A stretch of 64,000 nt of DNA from an uncultured Desulfosporosinus sp. (GTDB lineage: Bacteria; Bacillota; Desulfitobacteriia; Desulfitobacteriales; Desulfitobacteriaceae), in NCBI GenBank assembly GCA_927405585.1, contig CAKMJS010000060.1, positions 14,883 through 78,882 of the forward strand. The letters are read 5' to 3'. Below, in pieces: positions 44,389 through 54,114 of the stretch. The position numbers and the translations under genes were made by a program. Position 1 is the stretch's first letter; every line of letters starts with the position of its first letter. The notes under the pieces were generated by a model. It was given only the letters and a program-made list of their open reading frames with translations, was not told the origin of the DNA and searched no databases.

Positions 44389-44847
44389 CAAAACTATGCA
44401 TATCACGACTTTGAAGACGCCTTAATTGCGGCTCAAAATGCCGTGATTGCGGCAGAGGCTCTTGGAATTGGATCGTGTTATATCGGTGATATCATGGAGA
44501 ATTATGAACTTCATAAAGAACTACTCGATCTTCCCCCGTATGTGTTTCCGATCAGCATGCTCTGTTTTGGGTATTACCAGGAGGGCGAGCGACCAAAGCC
44601 GAGGGACCGCTTCGATTCTAAATTTATTGTGTCCGAAAATACCTATCAGCGACTAACTTCAAAGGATCGAGAAGCTATGTTTGCATCTCGGGCAAAAGGA
44701 ATCAATCCAAATAATAGCTTGGGTGCTAAAAACTTTGGACAGTGGATGTATGCCAAGAAAACCGGCGCCGACTTCTCGATTGAAATGGCACGATCTGTGA
44801 TAGTGCTTATCATAATCAATCCTTTAGCATTATTGTGGTGTTTTTAA
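44389..44847 (+). pseudogene. Nitroreductase C-terminal fragment
   Basis: DALIAAQNAVIAAEALGIGSCYIG begins right after the GNAT stop; no N-terminal half or start. Confidence 0.75.
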
Positions 44848-45073
44848 AGGTTACGTTGTTCTGTATACTGGAAATATATTGGTAATCAGATCCAAGGAGT
44901 AAAATAAAGGAAAGTTATTACTTGCTGGCGAATGTGCCATGAAAAGGAATTAACATGCCTTGTCAGTGTTATTAATCATTACCCTATACCAATGACTGAC
45001 CTGACCGGGTTGCACGACTATGATTGAACAAACCATGCGGGAATTCGTAAATTGAAAGGGAGGTAATGCTGGT

Positions 45074-45919
45074 ATGGATAAAAAGGATATTGTCAAAATG
45101 GCGACCAATTTCGTGGAAAACTCTGAACACAATCACATTGCTAAGGAAAATGCACTTTCGGAAATGGTTGTTGGAATGAAGATTTTTGAGAGTCCAATTC
45201 TTGCTTTTGGTGCTGCAGATGATCAGTATTTCAAAGTGTTGCAAGAACCCCTGGTTATAGGACAACACTTTATGCCTCCCCAAGAATGGTTACCCCAGCC
45301 CAAAACGGTTATCTCCTTTTTTCTACCCTTTAGCGAGGCAGTTAAAGAGGGAAACAGAAGGGACATGTCATGGCCTTCAGAAGAATGGCTGCATGGACGG
45401 ATTGAAGGGCAAGCGCTGGTGGTTAAGCTTTGCCAATACTTAAACTCTGAATTGATCAATGCCGGATATAAAAGCCTTTCGCCGTCTTTGGATGACAGAT
45501 TCTGGGCTAAAACTGGATATAATAAACCAAACCAAGCTCCTGAGACTAAGAGTGGAACGGGCTTAGTATACACGAGCAATTGGTCTGAAAGACATGTTGC
45601 TTTTATATGTGGAGTTGGGACATTCGGACTTTCTAAAGGACTAATAACCGAAAAAGGGATTGCTGGCAGACTCGGCAGCATCATTACAGAATTGGAATTA
45701 CCTCCTGATATAAGAAGGTATGAAAATATTTATGAAAATTGTTATATGTGTGGAGCGTGTGGGGATAATTGCCCAGTCAATGCCATATCCCTAGATAAGG
45801 GGAAAAACCACCAACTATGTTCCGAATTCTTACAAAAAACAGCGGAGAAATACAAACCAAGATATGGTTGTGGAAAATGTCAAATAGGGGTTCCATGTGA
45901 AAGTTGCATTCCTCAGTAG
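45074..45919 (+). CDS. Epoxyqueuosine reductase (QueG)-like Fe-S protein
   Basis: VISFFLPF, NWSERHVA, GTFGLSKG, CYMCGACGDNCP, GCGKCQIGVPC. Confidence 0.75.
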   Translation: MDKKDIVKMATNFVENSEHNHIAKENALSEMVVGMKIFESPILAFGAADDQYFKVLQEPLVIGQHFMPPQEWLPQPKTVISFFLPFSEAVKEGNRRDMSWPSEEWLHGRIEGQALVVKLCQYLNSELINAGYKSLSPSLDDRFWAKTGYNKPNQAPETKSGTGLVYTSNWSERHVAFICGVGTFGLSKGLITEKGIAGRLGSIITELELPPDIRRYENIYENCYMCGACGDNCPVNAISLDKGKNHQLCSEFLQKTAEKYKPRYGCGKCQIGVPCESCIPQ

Positions 45920-46010
45920 TAAGTGAGTTTTAAAGCATTTCTTATGACGGGACGCATTAGTTGGATTATGTGCAATAAGGACTATTTTTATAATGCGTGG
46001 GGGTAATGTT

Positions 46011-46199
46011 GTGCGCGCAAAATCAAGACAATATTTGGAGATAGGTTTAGTATTTATTGCAGAACTCATTGTTGTAATGATCGCGCCGTTATTGGTTTCT
46101 TTGGCTGAAAGTAACCCTACCAAAATGCTCATAAAATATTTACTATATGTACTTTCCATAAGCTGCTCAAAGGGCTTCTTCGTCACTTTTGTATTCTAA
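46011..46199 (+). pseudogene. Possible truncated membrane-protein gene
   Basis: GGGGGT RBS plus GTG and a TM-like segment; runs into the opposite-strand yozG-like 3' end. Confidence 0.3.
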
Positions 46200-46385
46200 A
46201 ATATCTCCAGGCTGACATTCTAAAGCCTTACAAATCGCCTCTAAAGTTGATATTCGAATCGCTTTTGCTTTTCCATTTTTCAATATAGAAAGATTAGCCA
46301 TCGTTATTCCAACCCTTTCCGAAAGTTCTGTGACGCTCATTTTCCTTTTAGCCAGCATCACATCAATATTGATTATAATTGCCAT
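46167..46385 (-). CDS. YozG-like Cro/C1 HTH regulator
   Basis: MAIIINIDVMLAKRKMSVTELSERVGITMANLSILKNGKAKAIR...CQPGDILEY. Confidence 0.92.
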   Translation of the reverse strand: MAIIINIDVMLAKRKMSVTELSERVGITMANLSILKNGKAKAIRISTLEAICKALECQPGDILEYKSDEEAL

Positions 46386-46400
46386 GTTATTCACCTCTCC

Positions 46401-46850
46401 TTAGACCGTTAAATCATTATCTGATTTTATATCTATGGCATTTTTTAATAGCTTTTGAAGAACAGCAGCAAAGACTGCAATCACAGAAGAAGCAAAAATA
46501 ATGATGATTGGGATTCCTACGAGACCTGGGGCGTCGTCTGCATCCGCTATGGGAAATAAGAATGGTGCGAGTACTGCATAAATAATACTGATTGTGATTG
46601 CACAGTATTTTATATACTTTAAAGCATTTACAGATAATTCCGAGAAAGCTTTGTTCTTGTCAATATAGCTTAAAAGTTTTAAAGCCTGATACAGAGCAAA
46701 GAAAAACGATATCGCCGATGCATACACACCGATTAAAATGGGATAGTGCAAATAATTTGCAAATCCAGGCAACCAAAATATACACAGAGCAAGAACCGGA
46801 ATTCCAATAAGAAAAACTACTATCTTTAAAAAGAGTGTATCCAGTTTCAT
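46401..46850 (-). CDS. DUF2975 membrane protein (YoaS-like)
   Basis: KAFSELSVNALKYI, DDAPG, IDIKSDNDLTV; usual partner of YozG. Confidence 0.9.
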   Translation of the reverse strand: MKLDTLFLKIVVFLIGIPVLALCIFWLPGFANYLHYPILIGVYASAISFFFALYQALKLLSYIDKNKAFSELSVNALKYIKYCAITISIIYAVLAPFLFPIADADDAPGLVGIPIIIIFASSVIAVFAAVLQKLLKNAIDIKSDNDLTV

Positions 46851-47112
46851 ATAAAGCACCTCACTTAGTTATTTTGATTTGATTTTACCACATAATTTAT
46901 CGTTTTGCAACAAACAATTATCGCTTTTGATTACATTTATGTTGTTTGTATAAATGCCGCTTAATTTAAGACAAAAATATAAAGCATTCCTCATTCCACA
47001 GAAATGCTCCTAATTCACAAGAAATTGTGGTCAAAAGGATAAATCCTCTCATCATAGACTGATAGGGGATTTTTCCACGTGGTGGCATAGATGAACATAT
47101 TTTAATGAAGTG

Positions 47113-47637
47113 TTAACTTTCTAATTTCCCGAATGAATTAAGTGGCCAATAACGTATCCAAACCTTTCCTTTAATATTCTGCTTAGGCACAAATCCCCAC
47201 ATATGACTATCGTTACTGCTTCGTCGATTGTCGCCTAGGACAAAATATGAATCAGCAGGTACTCGAACAGGATCGTATTGGTAATCAGGTTTTTCTTGAA
47301 GATAATTCTCTTCGAGTGCCTTTCCATTGACCAGTACGAGGCCATCCTTAACCTCAATTTCTTCACCCGGTAGTCCAATAACTCTCTTAACGAGTTCATC
47401 TTTCTCACCTGAAGACGGAGGCGCCTGGAAAACGACAATATCACCACGCTCAAGCTCACTAAATTTATAGAGTTGTTTATCGACAATAAGTCGATCCTGC
47501 AGTTGGATTGTTGGTAGCATTGAGCCTGTTGGAACAATCCTCGTATCGAAAAGGAACGTTCTTATTATGAACGATAGTATAAAAGCAAATGCGATTATGC
47601 CCACCCATTCAAATAAATTTTTCAAACTCGTATTCAA
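47113..47637 (-). CDS. lepB: Signal peptidase I
   Basis: IVPTGSMLPT (Ser), LVKRVIGLPG (Lys), GDNRRSSNDS; TTG start after GGGAGG. Confidence 0.92.
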   Translation of the reverse strand: MNTSLKNLFEWVGIIAFAFILSFIIRTFLFDTRIVPTGSMLPTIQLQDRLIVDKQLYKFSELERGDIVVFQAPPSSGEKDELVKRVIGLPGEEIEVKDGLVLVNGKALEENYLQEKPDYQYDPVRVPADSYFVLGDNRRSSNDSHMWGFVPKQNIKGKVWIRYWPLNSFGKLES

Positions 47638-47857
47638 AATAGTAATCCTCCCTATAATCACAAAATTCAAGTCTTCCCGAATTGATACAGTCTTTTCTTA
47701 TTTCATCCTAGCGGGTTGTACCTTAATAATTTGATTATAGCTTAGTTGCGACAAAAGTTCATATAAACTTGGTGGGCTCTGTTTACAGCCGATCTATCCT
47801 ATAGATTACATTGAGATTTGAGTGAGCTGCTAGGATTACTCTAGGCGAGCTATCGAT

Positions 47858-47906
47858 AAGAGAGACCGATTCACAAATTGTGGTCGATCTCTCTTGATGA
47901 GTTTTT
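47858..47906 (+). terminator. Orphan terminator followed by a strong RBS with no ORF
   Basis: AAGAGAGA(CC)GA...TCTCTCTT; AAGGAGGTGA at 47911-47920. Confidence 0.5.
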
Positions 47907-48040
47907 TAAGAAGGAGGTGAGTGACTACTTTGCTACCATAGCATTTTCAACTTTTAAATTTGCATGAGGACTCACCACATTCAAGACGTTAAGTGAACTG
48001 CACGTTAAAATAAAAATTAGTAAATTCTGAATATTATGTC

Positions 48041-48089
48041 TTGATTAAAAATATAGATGATATATAATAAAACATGACAGGTGAATCAT
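48041..48089 (+). promoter_or_regulatory. SigA promoter with downstream TetR-type inverted repeat
   Basis: TTGATT-N16-TATAAT (48041-48068); ATGA-N8-TCAT (48074-48089). Confidence 0.6.
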
Positions 48090-48160
48090 ATCCCAAATTC
48101 CAAGTAATGGGTGGTCTCGTCTGAGATGTAGTGATATATAACCAAGGAGGTTTTGAAGAC

Positions 48161-48985
48161 ATGAGTCAAGTCTTGGTTAATGGTATTAAGCTTTACTATG
48201 AAGTTCATGGTACTGGGGAGCCACTCTTACTGATTGAGGGACTAGGATATGCCAGTTGGTCATGGTTTCGACAAATTGAAGTGTTATCAAACGCTTATGG
48301 TGTTGTGAGTTTTGATAATCGCGGAGTCGGTCAAAGCGATAAACCTGATATCCCTTACAGCATAGAGTTGATGGCGGACGATGTTGCCCGACTCTTAGAT
48401 TTCTTAAGTATTGAGAAAGCACATATCCTGGGGGTGTCCATGGGCGGATATATTGCTCAGCAGCTAGCAATTAAATATCCGCAAAAGGTTAAAAGCCTAG
48501 TGTTAGGGTGTACGTCGTTTGGTGGACCGCAAAGCATACCTCTAACGGAAGAGGCTCTGCAAAGCATGCTAAAAGTCGAAGGTTTGAGTGCTGAAGAAGT
48601 AATACGTCAGGGTTTAAAAGCGGCAATCACCCCGAAATTCATAAGTGCGTATCCGGAAGTGGTTGATCAATTGGTGGCTTGGAGACTAGATAATCCTACG
48701 CCACGTTACGCTTGGGAACGGCAGTTTGCTGCAGCAAGAGCATTTAATGTGGAAACTCAATTGAACAAGATCAATGTACCGACGTTAGTGATTACGGGCT
48801 CAGAAGATATCGTTGTTCCGCCTCAAAACAGTAGTTTGTTGGCTGAGCGAATTTCCGGAGCACATCTCGTTATAATACCTGGTGGCGGGCACTTGTTCTT
48901 TATTGAAAAGGCAGAAGAGTTTAACTGCGCGGTTTTAGAATTCCTAAAAGGAATTGGACAATCTAAAAAAACAAGGAATGCATAA
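48161..48985 (+). CDS. Alpha/beta hydrolase (enol-lactonase/esterase-like)
   Basis: FDNRGVG, GVSMGG nucleophile elbow, GSED, GGHL; AAGGAGG RBS. Confidence 0.9.
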   Translation: MSQVLVNGIKLYYEVHGTGEPLLLIEGLGYASWSWFRQIEVLSNAYGVVSFDNRGVGQSDKPDIPYSIELMADDVARLLDFLSIEKAHILGVSMGGYIAQQLAIKYPQKVKSLVLGCTSFGGPQSIPLTEEALQSMLKVEGLSAEEVIRQGLKAAITPKFISAYPEVVDQLVAWRLDNPTPRYAWERQFAAARAFNVETQLNKINVPTLVITGSEDIVVPPQNSSLLAERISGAHLVIIPGGGHLFFIEKAEEFNCAVLEFLKGIGQSKKTRNA

Positions 48986-49007
48986 AAATGGAGTGAAGGT
49001 GATGTTT

Positions 49008-49631
49008 ATGAATTTTGACAGCCAGAGTAAGGATGAAGTACAAACCTTGAAACACCAGGCTAAGACCAGTCGGGGGGAGGCTACAAGGCAAAAACTACTA
49101 GATGCCGCCGAGGAGATTTTCGGTACAAAGGGTTATTTTAACACCTCGGTTGTAGATATTACTATCAAAGCTGAGGTTGCCCAAGGAACATTTTATATCT
49201 ACTTTCCAAGCAAAATCAACGTATTTCAAGAATTAATTAAAGAATTAAGTCATGTTCTGCGTAAAGAAATCAGTCAAGCTTTGGTTGGAGCAGGTAGTCG
49301 TAGGGAAGCAGAAGCACTTGGCTTTGCAACGTTCTTTTCCTTTATCAAAGAACACCGTAACCTATACCGGCTTGTTATGGAGGTGCAATTTGTTGACGAA
49401 GAGTTATACAAGTGGTATTATCGCCGACTAGCTGAAGGTTATATAAAGGGCTTGGAGGCGGCTATGGCTTCGGGTGAGTTCCGAGATCTTGATCCAGAAA
49501 TCGTGGCCTATGCTCTGATGGGTATTGCTGAATTTCTAGGAATGCGTTGGGTCCTTTGGGAGAAGGAGGACGTGCCAGAAAAGGCTCTAGCCACAGCAAT
49601 GAGTTTGATTATGGAGGGCTTGATACGATAG
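49008..49631 (+). CDS. TetR/AcrR family regulator
   Basis: TSVVDITIKAEVAQGTFYIYFPSK; start ATG 49002 or 49008. Confidence 0.9.
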   Translation: MNFDSQSKDEVQTLKHQAKTSRGEATRQKLLDAAEEIFGTKGYFNTSVVDITIKAEVAQGTFYIYFPSKINVFQELIKELSHVLRKEISQALVGAGSRREAEALGFATFFSFIKEHRNLYRLVMEVQFVDEELYKWYYRRLAEGYIKGLEAAMASGEFRDLDPEIVAYALMGIAEFLGMRWVLWEKEDVPEKALATAMSLIMEGLIR

Positions 49632-49653
49632 AGGAAGGGGGTAATCAATAATC

Positions 49654-51222
49654 ATGTATGCAGCGGATTGGCTAAGCAAGCGAGCAGAACTGACCCCAAA
49701 TCAGCTGGCTGTGATTGAGGAGTTAGGTGATAGACGTCTCACCTATTTAGATTTGCAACAGCGAGCCGAAACGTTAGCGTCCATTCTCTATCATGAGTTG
49801 GGAGTGAGAGAAGGGGACCGTTTAGTCATCATGGCAGGGAATCGCTTGGAACATCTCGACTTACTCTTCGCGGCTCAAAAGCTCAATGCGATCTTTGTAC
49901 CCTTGAACGTTCGCCTGTCGGTACCTGAAATTCAGTCGATCCTTACGGATTGCCAACCTAAACTATTGGTTTATGAAGATGAGTTGGTTGAAACATTAGT
50001 TAGAGTACGAAACCAAGCTGATCTACAGTTTGTTCGACTAGCTGAAAAGACAGGAAAGCTTGGAATTGGGACTGGAACTCGAATTGGGACTGGGACTGGG
50101 ACGGCTGACGAGCACAGTTGGTTGGGAAAGTGGGATTTTGAGCAGATTCTAGGCTATGCTTGCCAAGAATTTCCCCGACCGAAACGTTCGATGGAGTCTG
50201 TATGGCTTATCCTTTATACTGGCGGGACCACCGGTATACCTAAAGGGGCAATTCTTTCCCAAGGGATGATAACCTGGAATGCAATAAATACTGCTGTAAG
50301 TTGGCAACTGAATGCTACCGATATCGCTCCTGTTTTCACGCCCTTCTTTCATACAGGCGGACTCAATGTTCTAACGACTCCCTTGTTATATCTGGGGGGC
50401 ACGTTGATTCTCACGGGACCGTTTCAACCAAAGCGGGCCTTGGAGAGTATCCGTCGAGAACGGGCAACATTAGTCTTTATGGTGCCGACAATGTTTCAAA
50501 TGATGTCTCAAGAAACCGACTTCCTAACAGCTGATTTTAGTTCCGTTCGCTTTTGCATTTCTGGTGGGGCGCCTTGCCCGTCCTCTATCTATGAAGCTTA
50601 CTGGTCCAAGGGCTTAATTTTCAAACAAGGCTATGGCTTGACAGAAGCCGGACCCAATTGTTTTTCCCTTCATTCCGACGATGTTCAACGTAAGATGGGG
50701 TCCATCGGCAAACCAGTCTTTCATAGTGAAGTCAAGCTGATAGATACTGAGGGGGGGGAAGTCCCGGCAAATAAGGTAGGTGAACTGCTCATCCAAGGTA
50801 ACCACCTCGCTTCGGGATACTGGCAGAACGAGGAAGCGACGGCAGCAACTTTCCGTAAGGGCTGGCTACATACCGGGGATCTGGCATGCAGAGATGAAGA
50901 GGGCTATTACACGATCGTTGGGCGCAAGAAAGAACTCATAATTAGTGGTGGGGAAAATATTTATCCAGCGGAGATCGAGGCGGTTCTCAACAGCCATCCA
51001 GGTGTGACTGAGGCTGCAGTGATTGGAGTAGCCCATGACAAGTGGGGTGAGGTGCCCAAAGCTTTTCTCGTCTTAAGGTCAGAGAATAGTTTAACTAAAG
51101 AGGAGGTGATTCGGTACTGCCGAACGCATTTGGCCAGATATAAGGTGCCCAAGGAGGTGGAATTTCGCTCGATATTGCCGCGTAGCGTGGCAGGGAAGCT
51201 TCTTAAACGGGAACTAAGTTAA
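49654..51222 (+). CDS. Acyl-CoA synthetase (AMP-forming), copy 1
   Basis: YTGGTTGIPKG, FHTGG, GYGLTE, HTGDLA, GRKKELIISGGENIYP. Confidence 0.92.
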   Translation: MYAADWLSKRAELTPNQLAVIEELGDRRLTYLDLQQRAETLASILYHELGVREGDRLVIMAGNRLEHLDLLFAAQKLNAIFVPLNVRLSVPEIQSILTDCQPKLLVYEDELVETLVRVRNQADLQFVRLAEKTGKLGIGTGTRIGTGTGTADEHSWLGKWDFEQILGYACQEFPRPKRSMESVWLILYTGGTTGIPKGAILSQGMITWNAINTAVSWQLNATDIAPVFTPFFHTGGLNVLTTPLLYLGGTLILTGPFQPKRALESIRRERATLVFMVPTMFQMMSQETDFLTADFSSVRFCISGGAPCPSSIYEAYWSKGLIFKQGYGLTEAGPNCFSLHSDDVQRKMGSIGKPVFHSEVKLIDTEGGEVPANKVGELLIQGNHLASGYWQNEEATAATFRKGWLHTGDLACRDEEGYYTIVGRKKELIISGGENIYPAEIEAVLNSHPGVTEAAVIGVAHDKWGEVPKAFLVLRSENSLTKEEVIRYCRTHLARYKVPKEVEFRSILPRSVAGKLLKRELS

Positions 51223-51323
51223 AAATAATATAGTCTATTGACGAGAATAAGGGCGTATTCTGACGTAAATTGTTTGAAAATTATTTATATTCAGTATAAT
51301 AAGTATATTTAGGAGGGGCCGAT

Positions 51324-52562
51324 TTGAGAAGAACTAATTATAAAGGTATCTTGGCAGGGATCGTTGTCTTAGGACTTGGGTTATCAATCTTAACGGGTTG
51401 CGCTTCAAAACCAGCAGTTACTCCGAATGCTCCGACTGTGGCAACCAAGGAATTGAAACCCATTAAAATCGGAATTGCAACTTCCAAAACAGGGGCACTT
51501 GAAGCCTATGGAAAACAAAACATCCGGGGGTTTGAACTAGGCATTGAATATGCCACTAAGGGCACAAACAAAGTAGCAGGGCGTGCCATCGAAATTATTA
51601 TCGAAGACACTGAGACAAAACCAGATGTCGCTAAACAGAAAGCTCTTAAGCTTCTCGATAACGATAAAGTTGATATCTTAGTAGGATGTGCTAGTTCTAC
51701 CGATGCTTTAGCCATCCTGCCCTTGGCCCTAGAATATAAGAAAGTAATGGTCGTCGAACCTGCCGTTGCGGATACCATTACAGGTGCTCAATGGAATCGT
51801 TACATTTTCCGGACTGGGCGCAATTCCTCTCAAGACGCCGTGGCGGGTGCGGCTGCTATTGCGAAAGAGGGAGTGAAGATTGCCGTACTGGCGCCGGACA
51901 GTGCCTATGGGCGTGACGGTGTGAAAGCTTTTAAACCAGTTGCTGAGAAACGCGGAGCTAAACTGATTTTAGAAGAATTCCCAGCGGCCAATACGACCGA
52001 CTTCACGGCGAGCATCCAGCGGATTATCACGGCTAAGCCCGATTTTCTATTTGTGATCTGGGCAGGCGCTAATACTCCGTGGCAACAGCTTGCTGACATG
52101 AAATTAGCTGATAAAGGGATAAAGATTTCTACTGGGGCACCGGATATGGCCGCTTTAAAGACAATGTGGAATGTTGTTGGGATGGAAGGCTTTACAGTTT
52201 ATTATTACGATCTACCAAAAAATCCAGTCAATGACTGGCTTATCACTAAGCACAAAGAAAAATACAACGAACCACCTGACCTTTTCACGGCTGGCGGAAT
52301 GGCTGCGGCCTTGTCGATCGTCGCCGCTCTGGAGAAAACCGGTGGAGATGCCGATAGCGAGAAATTAATCTCCACTATGGAAGGAATGTCGTTCGAGACC
52401 CCCAAGGGTACCATGACCTACCGCAAAGAGGATCATCAAGCAATGCAAGCTCTCTACGCAATCCGCCTAGAGAAAAAAGACGGTGTGCTTTGGCCAGTGC
52501 CAGTGCTTCTCCGTGAAATGACCAAGGAGGAGACAGCTCCGCCGATTCTAAACGCTAAATAA
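51324..52562 (+). CDS. Liv-type ABC transporter substrate-binding lipoprotein
   Basis: Lipobox ILTGC; IKIGIATSKTG, EDTETKPD; periplasmic binding protein type 1 fold. Confidence 0.9.
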   Translation: MRRTNYKGILAGIVVLGLGLSILTGCASKPAVTPNAPTVATKELKPIKIGIATSKTGALEAYGKQNIRGFELGIEYATKGTNKVAGRAIEIIIEDTETKPDVAKQKALKLLDNDKVDILVGCASSTDALAILPLALEYKKVMVVEPAVADTITGAQWNRYIFRTGRNSSQDAVAGAAAIAKEGVKIAVLAPDSAYGRDGVKAFKPVAEKRGAKLILEEFPAANTTDFTASIQRIITAKPDFLFVIWAGANTPWQQLADMKLADKGIKISTGAPDMAALKTMWNVVGMEGFTVYYYDLPKNPVNDWLITKHKEKYNEPPDLFTAGGMAAALSIVAALEKTGGDADSEKLISTMEGMSFETPKGTMTYRKEDHQAMQALYAIRLEKKDGVLWPVPVLLREMTKEETAPPILNAK

Positions 52563-52590
52563 TAGGGAACTCGTTCAACGAACGATGATT

Positions 52591-52610
52591 AGGCGGGGTC
52601 CTCCCCGCCT
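52591..52610 (+). terminator. Intercistronic GC hairpin after the binding-protein gene
   Basis: AGGCGGGG-TCCT-CCCCGCCT. Confidence 0.55.
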
Positions 52611-52633
52611 CTTCTGAACTAAGGGAGGGAAAG

Positions 52634-53389
52634 ATGATCGAGTCAATTATTCGAACTCAGGAATTAACGATTAGGTTCGGAGGGCATACGGCTGTTGATC
52701 ATGTCAGTCTTGACATTGCCCCTCATACGTTTACCTCGATCATCGGTCCTAATGGAGCTGGGAAAACGACCTTTTTGAATCTTCTGAGCGGTCTTTTACT
52801 CTCTTCATCAGGGCAGATCCTATTCAAGGATCAGGATGTTACGAAGCTTCCTGCTCACAGGAGAGTGAGGTTAGGCATGGGGCGAAGCTTTCAGATCACC
52901 AATGTCTTTCCAAACTTAACCGTGCTGGAAAACGTTCGATTGGCTGTTCAGGCCAAAGCAGGAGTCCATTATCAACTGTTGCACCATCATCGAAAATACA
53001 GTGAATTTATTGATAAGGCGATTGCTCTTCTGGAAACTGTTTATTTATGTGGGAAGAGTGAGCAACCGGCAAGTTCACTTGCCCACGGTGATAAACGCAA
53101 ATTGGAGCTGGCGATCATACTGGCCTTGGAGCCAGAGGTTTTGCTCTTAGATGAACCCACGGCGGGTATGGCAGTTGAAGAAGTACCGGCGATTCTGGAC
53201 CTATTAACCCGGCTGAAAGCAGATTCTAGAACTATTTTACTGGTTGAACACAAGATTGATATGGTCATGTCACTCTCAGATGTAGTGGTGGTCCTGGCTA
53301 ACGGGAAGCTATTGGCCAAAGGGGAGCCACAACAAATCATGGAAAATGAACAGGTCCAAGCGGCCTATCTGGGGGGTGTGTTCCAATGA
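52634..53389 (+). CDS. ABC ATPase, LivG-like
   Basis: GPNGAGKTT, LAHGDKRKLE, LLDEPTAG. Confidence 0.92.
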   Translation: MIESIIRTQELTIRFGGHTAVDHVSLDIAPHTFTSIIGPNGAGKTTFLNLLSGLLLSSSGQILFKDQDVTKLPAHRRVRLGMGRSFQITNVFPNLTVLENVRLAVQAKAGVHYQLLHHHRKYSEFIDKAIALLETVYLCGKSEQPASSLAHGDKRKLELAIILALEPEVLLLDEPTAGMAVEEVPAILDLLTRLKADSRTILLVEHKIDMVMSLSDVVVVLANGKLLAKGEPQQIMENEQVQAAYLGGVFQ

Positions 53390-54114
53390 TTTTGCAACTA
53401 TCGCATGTACAAACGTTTATCGAGCAATTTCATATTTTGCAGGATGTAACCTTTGAGGTACCCGAAGGAGAGGTAACCGTTATTTTGGGTAGAAACGGTG
53501 CGGGTAAGACGACGACCCTTAGAACGATCATGGGACTTACTCCACCTGCTAAGGGTAGCGTTCAATTCCGGGGAGAACAGCTCAACGGTCTTCCACCCTA
53601 TGCGATTGCCCGTAAGGGTATAGGGTTTGTGCCAGAGGATCAGGGAATTTTTTCGGATCTAACGGTTGAGGAAAACCTGAGTTTGGCTATGCGCAAGAAG
53701 GATGGGGCAACAAAAACACGCTTGCAGTTTGTCCTCGATATATTTCCTGATCTGGAGTCGAAACTCCGACAAAAAAGTGATAGCTTGAGCGGAGGTCAAA
53801 AACAGATGCTAGCCATTGGACGAGCGCTTATTACCGATAATCACTTACTTCTAATTGATGAGCCAAGCAAGGGTCTAGCGCCAATCTTGGTGGAAAAGCT
53901 TGCACAGGCGATCCGTGAGATCAAAAAACACACAACGGTGGTGCTGGTGGAACAGAATTTTGCTCTCGCTTCAGCGGTGGGGGAGCGCTATGTCATCATT
54001 GACGACGGGCATACAGTGCGGGAAGGTAAAATGTCTCAGCTTCTGCAGGATCGTGAGTTACTGGGCCGTTATCTGGGAATTACGGCCAATCCTAAGAGTG
54101 GAAAGGTGGTGTGA
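53386..54114 (+). CDS. ABC ATPase, LivF-like
   Basis: GRNGAGKTT, LSGGQKQML, IDEPSKGL. Confidence 0.92.
   Translation: MILQLSHVQTFIEQFHILQDVTFEVPEGEVTVILGRNGAGKTTTLRTIMGLTPPAKGSVQFRGEQLNGLPPYAIARKGIGFVPEDQGIFSDLTVEENLSLAMRKKDGATKTRLQFVLDIFPDLESKLRQKSDSLSGGQKQMLAIGRALITDNHLLLIDEPSKGLAPILVEKLAQAIREIKKHTTVVLVEQNFALASAVGERYVIIDDGHTVREGKMSQLLQDRELLGRYLGITANPKSGKVV

Noticed and set aside
44933-44962. TGTGCCATG-N12-CATGCCTTG as a seventh regulon box
   Set aside because: The period is right, but there are many mismatches and no -10 at the expected spacing.
47911-47968. Holin-like type I toxin peptide (SDYFATIAFSTFKFA)
   Set aside because: Its GTG lies inside the RBS and the properly spaced start gives only 6 codons.
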